Of a DNA stretch of 64,000 nt, positions 51,320 through 64,000 are shown in pieces. Made by a program: the position numbers and the translations under genes. Below the pieces are notes generated by a model. It did not search any database, was not told the origin of the DNA, and saw only the letters and a list, made by a program, of their open reading frames with translations. The stretch is from Felis catus (taxonomy: Eukaryota), in NCBI RefSeq assembly GCF_018350175.1, contig NC_058368.1, positions 108,130,001 to 108,194,000 on the forward strand, in the 5' to 3' direction. Every line of letters starts with the position of its first letter. Positions within the stretch are counted from its first letter, which is position 1.

Positions 51320-51820
51320 AATGTGCTGAATGGGAAAATAGGCATCCAAGAATACTTTATCCAGTAGGCTTCATTCAGAATTAGAGGGAGATAAAGAGTT
51401 TCCGGGACAAAAACTAAAGGACTTTGTGACCACTAAACCCACCCTGCAAGAAATATTAAAGGGGAATCTTTGGGAAAGAAAGACCAAAAGCAACCAAGAC
51501 TAGAAAGGAACAAAGAAGGGGTGCCTGGGTGGTTCAGTCATTTGAGCGTTTGACTCTTGATTTCAGCTAGGGTCACAATGTCAGGGTTGTAGGATCAAGC
51601 CCTGTGTTGGGCTCTTCACTGAGTGTGGTGCCTGCTTAAGATTCATATTCTGTGTGTCTCTGTCTCTGTCTCTCTCCCTCTCTCTCACTCTTTCTTCCCC
51701 CTACCCCCTACTCGTGCTCTCCTTCCCTCTTTTTCTTAAAAATCCCCAAACAACAACTTTGTAGGTAATACAATGAGTTAAATTCATATCTATTAATAAT
51801 CACTCTGAATGGAAATAGAA
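51320..51820 (+). mobile_element. L1 ORF1-end fragment interrupted by a CanSINE (51518-51745)
   Basis: CCAAGAATACTTTATCCAG, ACCACTAAACCCACCCTGCAAGAAATATTAAAGGGG. Confidence 0.8.
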
Positions 51821-52759
51821 ATTTAGAATATGATAAAAATGCATTTCAGATCAGAGAAAAGGATTTTTTGGTTTTTTTTAATTGCAGTATATTATAGCAG
51901 GGTAATGGTCCACAACAAACAAACAAAATAGATCCTTCTTTTCAGAGGAGGAAAGCAGATTTTTACCCCCCTTTATGTTATTGGAGTTGAGGAGGCATTT
52001 TTCAAAGATTGGAAATGCAGATACTCTAGTGGATTGTTAGTGGGTGTGTAGCTTGGTATATTCTGTTAGATTTGAAAAATATCTGTGAAAATCTAAAATA
52101 CCTACTGAAATTTAAATCTACAAATTCTTTGATCCACCACCACAGATAAATGCTCTAGGTTTTGGGTTCACTCTGTCATATTCCACATGTGTGAAAGTAC
52201 AGGATTATTCCATGCATTATGTATGTGGAAGTAAAAGGTGAGAAACAACTCAGCTTTACACCTATTGGAGATTGTTTATACCCATGTGATAAAATATAGC
52301 CTTCAAAATTGAGGTAGGCAGTTTTAAAAAAGTTCTTGATACTGCCTGTTTTCCAAGGGAAGTATTAAGTGAAAATAGCAAGGTGCCAAATGATATATGC
52401 AGTCACATGAAAATATTTTAAAAAGGAAACGATACATATTTATATTCTTTTGTATGTATAGAATACTTGTAAAAGGCTACACTAGAAGTTGATACTAGTG
52501 GCTGTGTCTGTGGAGGAGAACTGGGTGGCTAGATAATGGTGAGATTTATTTTGTCATAATCTTCTCTTGCATCTTTAGAGTTTTACACTATGGTAACATA
52601 TTGGTATATTACTCATGTGACCAAAAAGAAATATGTAACACACACAAATTAATATGTAATACTGAGTAATAAAACCTCTTTATCCTAATTTTCATCTTTA
52701 TCAACGCATCAGAATTTCTTAAGGGTGAAACCTTACATTACATTAAATTACATTAAAAA

Positions 52760-54345
52760 GGTTTTTTTTTTTTTTATTGTGATATAAAACATACAACAAA
52801 AATTACCATCTTGGGGTGCCTGGGTGGCTCAGTCTCTTGAACATCCAGCTCTTGATTTTTGCTCAGGTCATGATCCCAGGATTGTGAGATTGAATTTGGT
52901 ATCAGGCTCCGTTCTGAGCATTGAGCTTTCTTGGGATTGTCCCTCTCTCTCTCCCTTTGTCCCTTTCCCCTGCTCACACAGTGTCTCTCTCCTAAAATAA
53001 AAGTTGAAAAAAATATTTAAAAAAAATTACCATCTTAACCATTAAAAAAAAGTCTGTTTATTTTGAGACAGAGAGTATGAGTGGAGGGAAGAAGCAGAGA
53101 GAGAGGAGAGAGAGAATATCCTAAGCAGGCTCCCTGCCATCAGCATAGAGCCTGATAGGGGGTTTGATCTCACGAACCGTGAGATCACGACCTTAGCTGA
53201 AATCAAGAGTCCGATGCTTAACTGACAGAGCCACCCAGGCGCCCCACCATCTTAACCATTTTTAAGTGTATAGTTTAGTAATATATTCACATTGTTGTGA
53301 ACAGATCTTCTTAACTCTCCTCTTGCAAAAATGAAGCTCATATACTCATTCAACCACTTCCTTTTGCTTTCTATTGCTAGCACATTAGAAGTTTCTCTGA
53401 ATTTGAGTACTTTAGATGTAAGTAGAATTGCTCATATAAGTGGAATCATAACAGTATTGGTCTTTTTGTGACTGGCTTATTTCACTTAGCATAATGTTTT
53501 CAAAGTTCATCCATGCAGCATTTGACAGGATTTTTAAGACTATTGAATAGTATTCCATTATATGTATAGATCACATTTTGTTGGTGAATTCATTGGCTGT
53601 TGGATGTTTGTCTTCCTTGTCCCTTTTGGCTCTTGTAAATAGTGCTGCTATGAACATGAGAGTGTACATATTCTTTGAGATTCTGCCTTCAGTTCTTTTA
53701 AATATATACCTGATATACCTAGGGGCGCCTGGGTGGCTCAGTCGGTTAGTCGTCTGACTTTGGCTCAGGACATGATCTCGTGGTTTGTGGGTTCAAGCCC
53801 CGCGTCAGGCTCTGTGCTGACAGCTCAGAACCTGGAGCCTGTTTGAATTCTGTGTCTCCCTCTCTGCTCCTACCCTGCTTACACTCCATATCTTTCTTTC
53901 TCTCAAAAATGAATAAACATTAAAATAAATAAATAGGGGTGCCTGGGTGGCTCAGTCGGTTAAGCATCTGACTTTAGCTCAGGTCGTGATCTCATAGTTT
54001 GTGAGTTCAAGCCCCCCACATTGTCACATCCTCTGTCCCCCTCTCTCTCTGCCTTTCCCTCTCATTCTGTCTCTCAAAAATAAATAAACGTAAAAAAAAA
54101 AAAAACCTTAAATACATATACATACATACACACACGTGATGTACTTGAAAGTGGGATTGCTGGGTCACCTAGTGGTATTATTTTTCAATTTTTGAGGAAT
54201 CTTCATATTGTTCATTACAGGAGTTGCACCATTTTACAATTTTACCAACAGTGTGCAAGAGTTCCCAATTTATTCACAGTCTCACCTATATTTAACTGTT
54301 TTTTTTATACTAGCCATTGTAATGGATATGAGGTCATCCCAATAA
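52760..54345 (-). mobile_element. Old L1 3' end with CanSINEs (+52813-53025, -53043-53246, tandem +53722-54105)
   Basis: AAAATTACCATCTTAACCATTTTTAAGTGTA and GACTGGCTTATTTCACTTAGCATAATG. Confidence 0.87.
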
Positions 54346-54644
54346 ACATTTTTAACAAGCATTATAGTCATAAATTCCTTGCATATTTAAAAAAGTTTAT
54401 CAAGTATATTTAATCTGATTTCATTTTGATCACCTAGAATGTAACAAGTAGTCAATTTTTACAACTGTTGCTCAGTATGCTTTGTTGTTAGGTATATGTT
54501 CTATAATCAGATCTTAAAGGGATAGTACCCTTTACTGTGCCTCTCCTGTTTTTTTCTTCTATTTAACCATGATTGAATGATCCAGGAACAAACTAGGCTA
54601 TACTTAACCCAAATGAATTATGCTAACTTTTCTCGTACATAGTT

Positions 54645-54860
54645 AAAAAAAAATTTTTTTTAATGTTTATTTATTTTTGAGACAGAGAGAGCATGAACAG
54701 GGGAGGGTCAGAGAGAGAGAGGGAGACACAGAATCCGAAACAGACTCCAGGCTCCGAGCTGTCAGCACAGAGCCTGACGTGGGGCTTGAACTCACGGACA
54801 GCGAGATCATGACCTGAGCCAAAGTCGGACGCCCAACCGACTGAGCCACCCAGGTGCCCC
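54645..54860 (-). mobile_element. CanSINE
   Basis: TSD TTCTC(G/A)TACATAGTT. Confidence 0.92.
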
Positions 54861-55004
54861 TTCTCATACATAGTTTAAATTCTCAGGTTCTGCATGTTAT
54901 AAGAATTTCAACTGTGTACCAGCATTAAAAGTACAATGTTTTAATAAAAAACTGTACGTCATTTTTCCTCTGCAAGGTAGAATTAGACCTCTGTTTACTT
55001 TTTA

Positions 55005-55226
55005 AAAACATGTTTATTTATTTATTTTTAATGTTCATTTTTGAGAGAGGAAGAGAGCTCATTTGAGCCAGGGAGAGGCAGAGAGAGAGACCAGGACAGA
55101 GGGTCTGAGTGCAGGCTCCTGCACTGACAGGAGAGAGCCCGACGTAGGGCTCGAACTCACCCACCCAAGAGGTCATAATGTTAACCTAAGTTGGCCGCTT
55201 AACCAACTGAGCCACCTGGGCACCCC
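55005..55226 (-). mobile_element. CanSINE
   Basis: TSD CCTCTGTTTACTT. Confidence 0.88.
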
Positions 55227-56581
55227 TGCCTCTGTTTACTTCTAATTGAAAAGTTTTACCTTCATGGTCTTGACAGTTTGGTGTTAACTTTTCTCACAAG
55301 ATGAATTCAGTCATAAATTTTTTTTTAAGAGCAAGGTCAAGCAGTGTTGAAGGATTTTATCCAGACAAAAAAAGTACATGAGATCCTAGTGAAAAATGGA
55401 AAAAGGGTATAAATTGCTTTCCAGGTTTTTTTTTCTCCTCCAAAAAAATTTTAGGGTCATGAGTGTCCTACTACAAAATACCTGGTAAAACATTTTCCAT
55501 TTTAAGTAAATTAATTGCAGTTTTGTTTTCTTGACTTGAAGTGCCTGAAATCATTATTCTGGCATTATCATCATAGAATTGCTGCTTCGGTCTTAGAAGT
55601 AGTTATTCTTTGGAAGTAGTTAGTAGTAGTATTTAAAAGTATTACATCATTATGTGAATATCTAGCTGTAGATATATACAGCTGTAGCTGTAGCCTACAA
55701 TTAAATCGTAAGTATTAGAAGTCATTTAAAAATAATTTTTGCTAGACTTCAAGTTTCACCACTGTGTAATTAACTTCTTTATGACTTTTCATTTGAATAT
55801 TTAAGACTGAGCAGTTGCATTTACTGTACTTGGTGTGTGAGTTGGTAAAGAAGGGTGCTGAGTGGTAGTAAGGCTTGGGAAGGGTGGGGGTTTAATCCTG
55901 TCAGTTTTGAGAAAAGATAATGAAATCCTTTATATTCTTTTCCATAGACATGCATTTCAAAGACTTACATTTTAATAAGAATTGGTTGTGCAGCTGCAAC
56001 CCTGGCAACATGGACTAGGAGAAAAGAATTGGGGCACAATTCCAGAAATCAAGGCAGGCACTGGTCTCATGTGGAGCTGAGCTAATGAAACTGATAAAAA
56101 TATAAACCACTTAGTAGAAATACGACCAGAAATAAGACCTTTCTTTGGCCTAGTGGATGTTGAAATTTTCTGAACTATATTTTAATATTTACAAAATGAA
56201 AAAACTGTCATAAGGTACTTACTCAATAAGAGTAGCTGCATTATATTCTCCTTTAGTATAGAAATGCCCTGTAAAGTCTGGGAAGCTAATACTCCTGTGA
56301 ATTATATCTAAAAAGTAATTGTTGCTGGTCTATTCTTGGTAAAATATTTGAAGCACAAGCTACCAAGTTTGTTAAGAAATACATGCTCATTGTAGTTTTA
56401 ATGTACATTTCTCACGGTTATTGGACTCTTTAGATGTCCTCAAATAAAATTTGTTAAACATACTCTCTTCTCTCAACACTATGAGAGTGGCTGCTGTAGA
56501 ATCTATCATTAAGCCATAATTTAATTATTACCAACATTTAGGTTGTGCCTGGGTTTTTCCCTCCTATCATAAGTAGTATTG

Positions 56582-56780
56582 CTGGGACGCCTCAAGCATC
56601 TGACTTTGGCTCAGGTCATGATCTCAAAGCTTAAGGGTTCAAGCCCCACGTGGGACTCTGTGCTGACAGCTCAGAGCCTGGAGCCTGCTTTGGATTCTGT
56701 TTCTCCCTCTATTTTTCTACCCCTCCCCCACTCACACTCTGTCTCTCTCAAAAAATAAACATTAAAAAAGATAAAAATAA
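56582..56780 (+). mobile_element. CanSINE
   Basis: Body and tail consensus-like, head partly deleted. Confidence 0.88.
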
Positions 56781-56994
56781 AGAAGTATTGCAATAAAACA
56801 TTTTTTGTGCACATAAATATTTTGCATTTTCTGCATTATCCTCAATTATTGCTGGATTTTCAGAAGTCATACACATTAAATGTACACATTTTTGACAGTT
56901 TCTAAAAGTACTACCAATTTACATAACCTTAGTTTTTTTCAGCAGTGAGTTTTTTTTTCCTTTGTATCTTATCTGGCTCTTTGGGCTTTTCTTA

Positions 56995-57223
56995 TTTTTT
57001 AATTTTCTTTAAAAATTTTTTTTGTAATGTTTATTTTTGAGAAAGAGAGGGCATGAGTGCAAGTGGGGGAGGGGCAAATAAAGAGGGAAATACAGACTCT
57101 AAAGCATGCTTCAGGCTCTGAGCAGTTAGCACACAGCCCGTGTCACGGTTCCAGTCCACGAACTGTAAGATCATGACCTGAGCCAAAGTTTGTCACTTAA
57201 CTGATTGAGATACCCAGCTGCCT
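56995..57223 (-). mobile_element. CanSINE
   Basis: TSD CTCTTTGGGCTTTTC. Confidence 0.88.
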
Positions 57224-57387
57224 CTCTTTGGGCTTTTCAGTCGTGACTTCTTTTATCTTTAATTCTGGGAAAACTTACTCTCATCATTTTTTAACATGTT
57301 TATTTTTCTCTTGAAATGTATTATTTTTTCCCTCTTTCTGGAACTTCTCTCATGTGGTAATAGTGTCTGTCTAGTACAGTTATTTCC

Positions 57388-57800
57388 TGTCAAATCTAAA
57401 AGTAAAACAGCCAGTTATTTTACTAGCAAAATGAGTTTATTCAGCATCAGTGAAGGTACTGCATTTTGGAATATATCTCAAAATGCAAGTATGTAAAACC
57501 ATATGCAAGTCCGGAGATGAGATAAGAGGAGAGGAGAGGAGCATTACTTTATTGAGAAAAGGAGAAAGATGGGAGGGAGCTGCTTTGAAGGAAAGTCCTT
57601 TGGAGTAAAGCTTGAGTTGAGCATGATGATGGCTTCTCATTGGTTGAGGTGTATATTTTCTTATTGGCTGAGCTTGTTGCTGGGCAAGGAGAAATTATTC
57701 CTTCCTCCTCTGGTGGCATTGCAATTAACCAGGAGTAGTAGGGCAGGAGAGCTCCCCCTTCTGGTATCTGGACTCCAGTTTTAATGATGGTCCCTTGGTG
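57388..57800 (-). mobile_element. Probable ERV solo LTR (MER31/MER67-like)
   Basis: On the - strand: CCAAT boxes, a TATA-like ATAAAG, AATAAA and a terminal TGACA. Confidence 0.55.
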
Positions 57801-58119
57801 TGCATTTCTGTATTGCACAGTTGAGGCATTCTGCTCCAGATGGTGTAAATTGTTCAGTGTTTGTCTTTATTTTACCTTTTTTTCCTGCTCCAGATGTCTG
57901 TTTATTTTGATTGGTAAGGTAATGATCCCTTGGTTGGGGCAAGGGGAAGATCTGCTTAATCTAATAATATGTGGTGGAAATGGCCATCATCCAGACCTTG
58001 GTTTGTGTGAGTCCGGGTGAGTTTAAGGAGTGGAGGGGCTTGGGTCTCTGCTCAAATAGCCATCTTGCACCACCAAATTGCTCTCCTGTTGGCTGCTACT
58101 GCATCATTTTATGATCAGG

Positions 58120-58332
58120 GTTTATTTTATTTTTTTTTATAATTTTTTTTAAAGCTTATTTGTTTTTGAGAGAGAGAGCGAGAGCAAGAGAGAGCGCGAA
58201 TGCAAGTAGGGGAGTGGCAGGGAGGGAGACACAGAATCTGAAGCAGGCTCCAGGCTCAGGCTCAAACTCACCACAAGATCATGATCTGAGCTGAAGTGGG
58301 ATACTTGACCCAGTGAGCCACCCAGGTGCCCC
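58120..58332 (-). mobile_element. CanSINE
   Basis: TSD ATCAGGGTTTATTTT. Confidence 0.88.
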
Positions 58333-58789
58333 ATCAGGGTTTATTTTTTAAACTCTTAGAAATGAGTAGTAATACGTACTGGAGATAAGAGATATGTATT
58401 GCTTATTAGAAATAAGAAATAACACTTACTCTAGGAGGTAATGTCCGTAAGATTGTAATTCATCACCAAATCTGTAGGGTTTTGGCAGGGTGGTGGGGAT
58501 ACTTGACTGAATGGAACCCCAAAGTGAATTACATCTTCAGGAGACAAATGAAATAGAAGATGGGCCTATAGTTTCATGCGTGCTACATATTTGTATTTAA
58601 CCTTGTTAGTGAGTAATAAATTTTTTAAAGTATTCAAATTACTCTGTTGTTAATTGCTATATTCCTGGAGCTTATTACTTGGTTATTGCCCAACAAATCT
58701 GTCACAACATACATATCATACAATATCATACATACATACATGTATGTATGGTGAAATCATTCGAATATGCATGCTTTTTTTTCTTTTAA

Positions 58790-61700
58790 CTGTAGTGACA
58801 TACCATATTATTAGTTTCTTATGTACAACATAGTGACTCAACCATTTTATATACATTAGGGAGTGATCACAGCTATAAATTTAGCTACCATTTACCATGA
58901 TCCAAAATTGCTACATATTAGTAACTATATTCCCTATGCTGTACATGGTATAATTTGTACCTTTTAATCCCCTTCCCTTATTTTACCTATTCCCTTATTC
59001 CTTCATAAAATGAAGTCATGTGGTATGGTCTTTTTCAGTCTGACTTTTTATTAAGCATAATTCTCTCTATGTCCATTCTTGTTGTAGCAAAGGAAAGATG
59101 TCATGCTTTTTTATGGTTTATTTTAGTGTGTGTGTGTGTACACTACATTGTCTTTATCCATTCATATTTTGATGGACATTTAGATTGTTTCCGTATCTTG
59201 GATATTGTAATAATGCTGCAGGAGTTTGTATATTGCTCCAAATTAGTATTTTCCTTTCCTTGTTATAACTACTCTGAAGTAGAATTGCTGAATTGTGTCA
59301 TAGTCCTATTGCCAATTTTTTGAGGAATCACCAATCTGTTTTTCATAGTGGCTGCACCATTTTGTATTCCCACCAGTAGCACATGAGGGTTCCTTTTTTT
59401 CTACATCTTGGCTAACACTTGTTATTTCTAGTCTTTTTGATACTAGCCATTCTGACAGGTGTGAGGTGAGATCTCATTGTGATTCTGATTTGCATTTCCG
59501 TGATGGTTAGTGATACATATGTCTGTTGGCCATGTGTTTTCTTCGGAGAACTATCTATTCAGATCCTCTAGTTTAAAGTTTAAAGTTTGAGGTAGTCCTG
59601 TTTATTTTTGCTTTAGCTACCCTTGCTTGGTGAGACACATCCAGAAAAATGTTCAAACTGATATCCAAAAGTTTACTCCCAGTGTTTTCTTCTAAGGAGT
59701 TTTGTGGTTTCCAGTCTTACTTTTTAAGTCTTTAATCCATTTTGAGATTGTTTTTGTATATGGCAAAGGAAAGTGGTCCACTTTCAGGGTGGTTTATTTG
59801 GTAGAGCATGTGACTCTGATACCAGGGTTGTGAATTCAGGCCCTATGCTGAGCTTATAGCTTACTTTAAAAAAAAAAAAAAAAAAAAAAAAAGAGGAACA
59901 AAGAAAAACGAGTTTTGGGGTGCCTGGCTGGCTCAGTCGGAGCATGTGGCTCTCAATCTCAGGGTTGTGAGTTTGAGCCCTGAATTTGGTATGGAGATTA
60001 CTTAATAAAAACATTTAAAAATATTTAAGGGGCGTCTGGGTGGCTCAGTTAAGTGTCCGACTTCGGCTCATGTCATGATCTCATGGTTTGTGGGTTCAAG
60101 CCCCACATAGGGCTTTGTGCTGACTGCTCAGAGCCTAGAGCCTGCTTCAGATTCTGTCTTCATTTCTCTCTGCCCCTCTCCCTGTCTTTCTTCCTCTCCC
60201 TGTCTTTCTTCCTCTCCCTGTCTTTCTTCCTCTCCCTTCTTCTCCCTCTCCCTCCCCTCCACTCTCAAAAATAAACATTAAAAATGTTTAAAAAAAGAAC
60301 TGGTCCCCTTTCATTCTTTTTTTTTTTTTCCTTTGTAATTTTCCATTTCCTCAACATCATTTATTCAGGAGACTTGTTTTTCCCATTGTGTATTCTTGCC
60401 TCCCTTGTTGAAGATTGACCGTATTGGTATGGATCCATCTCTGTGTCTTTTTTTGTTAGCACCATACAGTTTTGATTACTGTAGCTTTGTAGTGTAATTT
60501 GAAACCAGGGATCATGATACATCCAGCTTTGTTCTTCTTTGTCCAGATCACTTTGGCTATTTGGGGTCTTTTGTAGTTTCATATAAAATTTAGGATTCTT
60601 CGTTCTAGTTAAATGAAAAATGCCATTGGTATTTTGATATGAATTGCATTTAATGTATATGTTTCTTTGGGTATTATAGACCTTTTAATATTAATATATG
60701 CTATCCATGAGCACAGGATATCTTTCGATTTATTTATGTCTTCATTTTCTTTTGTCATTGTCTTACAGTTTTCAGAGTACAGGTCTTTTTTACTTCCTTG
60801 TTTAAATTTATTCCTAGGTGTTCTTTTTGATGTGATTATAAATGGGGTTGATTTCCTTTTTTTTTTTTTTTAAGGGTTATCTATTTATTTTTTTAAAGTT
60901 TGTTTGTTTATTTTACTTAACTTATTTTGAGTTCACAACCTGAGCTGAAATCAAGAGTCAGCATGGGGTGCCTGGATGTCTCATGAGGTTAAGCATTCGA
61001 CTTTGGCTCAGGTCATGATCTCAGGGCTTGTGAGTTTGAGCCTCACGTCAGGGTCTATGCTGACAGGTCGGAGCCTGGACCCTGCTTTAGATTCTATGTC
61101 GTCCTCTCTCTCTGCCCCTCTATTGCTTGTGCTCTGACTCTCCCTCAAAAATAAACACTAAAAAAACAAAAAACAACAACAACAAAAAGACACTTAACTG
61201 ACTGAGCCACCCAGGCATCCCTCCTTTTTCTGATTTTATTTATTTGAGCTCTTTCTGTTTTTCTTGATGAGCCTTGCTACAGGTTTACTAGTTTTGTCTT
61301 TTCAGAGAACCAGCTTTCAGTATAATGGATCTTGTGCATTCTTTTTAATATCAGTTTCATTTATTTCTGCTCTAATCTTTATTATTTCCTTCTGCTAACC
61401 TTAAATTTTGTTCTTTTTGTAGATGCTTTAGGGGTAAGGTTAGAGTGTTTGAGATTTTTCCTATTTCTTAGGGTGGGCCTGTTTTGGTATAAATTTCCCT
61501 GTTAGAGCTGTTTTCATTGTGCCCCAAAGATTATGGATCATTGTGTTCATTTTCACTTGTCTCCATGTGGTCTTTGATTTCTTCTTTGATTTCTTTGTTG
61601 AAATTGGTTGTTTAGTAGCATGTTGTATAGCCTTCACATGTTTTTTGTTTGCTTTATAGTGGTAGTCAGAAGCTGAACTCAAAATATGTTTGGGGTATGC

Positions 61701-63940
61701 TTGTATATGTTTACTATTATCAGTGAGATTTTCTTCTTTCATAATTTTCTCACTCGACGTTATGGCCTTTTCTTTCTTAAAGAAGTCCCTCTAAGATTTT
61801 TTTGTAAGGCCAGTTTGGTAGCAGTGAACTTCTTTAGCTTTTGCTTGTCTTGGAAACTGCTTATCTCTCCTTTAGTTCTGAGTGATAACTTTGCTGTGTA
61901 GCGTATTCTTGATTTTAAGTTGTTTCCCTTCAACACTTTGAAAATATTGTGTCTCTCCCTTCTGGCTCATAAAGTTTCTGCTGAAAAATCAGTTTATAGC
62001 CTTATGAGCGTTCCCTTGTAGTATTTAGTTTTTTTGTTTGTTTTTATCTTGCTGCTTTTAACATTCTTTAACTGCTTGGACTTTGATTGTAGTGTGGGTG
62101 CCTTTGGGATTCTATCTCCTTCCTGGATTTGGATGTCAGTTTCCTTTGTCAGGTTAGGGATGTTTTCAGCTATTTTCTTCAAATAAGTTTATAAATTTTC
62201 TATCCCTTTCTCCTTGATTTCTCCTTTTTGGACCCTTATAATGCAAATATTAGTATGTTTGATGTTTTCTTAGTGGTCTCTTAAAGTATCTTCATTTTTC
62301 AGATCACTTTTTTCCCCTCTTTTTGCTGTTTGGATTTGGTGTTACCACTATACTGTCTTCCAAATTGCTGATCTGTTTTTCTGAATAATTTGCTGATTCC
62401 CTCTAGTGTATTTTAAATTTTAGTGGTTGTATTCTTCAGCTTACTTTTTTTTCAAGTATTTTCCTTGCTTTTAAGTTCTTACTGTGTTTGTCCATTCTTT
62501 TCCTGAGCTTGATTAGCATTTTTAGGTAGTTACTTTGAACTCTTTATCTGGTAGATTGCTTATCTCTGTTTCATTTAGTTCATTTTCTGAAGGTTTGTCT
62601 TGTTTCATTTGAAATCTATTCCCCCTGTCTCTTCATTTGCCTTAGCCTCTGCTTGTTTCTATTAGTTAGGTAGATCTGTTACAGCTCCTGGTCATTAAGT
62701 AGTGTCTTTATGCAGAAGCTGGCCTGTTGGGCCCTGTAGTGCAAATTCCGCTGGTCACCTGAGGCATGTGCTCCAGGAATGTTCCGTGTGGTGTGCATTT
62801 ACCCTCCTGTTGTGGATGGATTGATTGCAATGATGTGGACTTGTTGGTCTACGGGACTTTCCCCTCGTCTGGCTGTCTCTTGAGGTCTCGCCATCAACTG
62901 CTGCATGCATGATGGTGAATAAGGCTGGCGTGCCGTTTTTGTGGCTGAGAAGCCCAATCAGGACTGTTGTAGGTGCACTGGTAAAGGGTCGGCCCACAGT
63001 GTGGCTAGATATCGGGCCATGCTGTGACAGCTGGGGTTTGCTGATGGCGAGGCATGTCTTTTGGGCAGCTTGCTATGAGGTAAGGTTGTGTTTGTTTTGG
63101 GAGTTTTAGTGTATGGGACTGCTCCCCCAGGGCAGAATGTTTAGGAGGGTCTCAGGGCCAGCCAAGGCTACTTGGCAGTTATGGTGGGAGTGAATGGGGT
63201 GCTGCTTGGGAGGGATTTCAAGTTACATGAGTGGGTTGGGTGAGGCAAGTACACAGGATAATGCTGGAGCAGGGTGAGTGGTGCTAGCATAGTATATGGA
63301 GAATGTCAGAAATGGTGCTTACAGGCCTGCTAAGTAGATGAGAGTAAGAAAACGGGCACCCATAAGCACTTCCCCAGAGAACATACCAACAGATTGCTAC
63401 CCATCTTTTACATGCCCTAGAATTAGTCAGTGGATTTCCTTCATATGTAACCCAGGCACTTTTCAGACTGTAGTTTCTGTGCTGGGACTCTGAGCCACTG
63501 AGGTTCAGTGTGCCTTTTAAGAGCAGAGTCTTGGTTTCCTACTCCCCTCTGGCTCTTTTGGATGTAAATCCCATTGGTTTTCAAAGCCAGACACCGTAGG
63601 TGTCTCTTTCCAGCATAGGCACCCTGGGATGTAGAGAACCATGTTTGGCTCAGACCTTCGTTCTTCAGAGATGGCTTTTATATTTGTGATATTCATCCTT
63701 TTTTGTGGGTCATTAACACTGGGGTGTGGGTCTTGACTAAACTGCCTCTCTGCTCCTCCTATTCTATCGTTGTGGCTTTTTTTTTTTTTTTTAAATATCC
63801 CAGTGTGTATGATCCATTCTGTTAGTCTTGAGTTTATTGTCGAAGATAGTTCTGTATATATTTGTAGATTTTGGTGTTTCCTTGAATGAATGTGAGGTCA
63901 GGATCTTCCTACTCCATTCTCTTGATCCCATTTTCTGAAG
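58790..63940 (-). mobile_element. Degenerate, internally deleted L1 spanning 5'UTR-ORF1-ORF2-3'UTR, with SINE clusters at ~59785-60295 and ~60860-61222
   Basis: ORF1 homology IAENIPNLTKETDIQIQE (62182-61994); ORF2 pieces NLWGTMKTALTGKFI and 60361-60582; 5'UTR-like 62700-63940. Confidence 0.85.
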
Positions 63941-64000
63941 TTGGTTTCTGAGTTATCAGAGGGTTACTGATTACATGATTTGTGTAAAGAAATATTTTTA

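Larger units (their letters stand above)
803..64000 (+). other. Large intronic region (likely intron 1, possibly with non-coding cassette exons)
   Basis: No recognisable coding exon; T-rich + strand; most L1s and the PKP4 retrocopy are on the - strand. Confidence 0.6.

Overview
Mammalian (carnivore, felid-type) genomic DNA. The window opens with a CpG island (~230-1460) containing a probable non-coding first exon (GTGAGT donor at 803). The remaining ~63 kb reads as one large + strand intron of a gene I cannot name; no protein-coding exon was recognised. The intron is packed with CanSINE/SINEC_Fc SINEs (young, nested, tandem and inverted), mostly antisense L1s, ancient L2/MIR, LTRs and DNA transposons. 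The main non-repeat object is a full-length antisense processed pseudogene of plakophilin-4 (PKP4/p0071) at ~40313-45196. It derives from an exon-skipped mRNA and carries an unidentified ~366-bp insert plus nested SINEs. Two tailless small-RNA retrocopies are also present (U2 snRNA nt 1-33 and a tRNA-Cys 5' half). I found no evidence of a wholly new multi-gene system; the interesting signals are retrotransposition fossils. Repeat family names and the PKP4 comparison come from recalled sequences, not database searches, and repeat boundaries are approximate.
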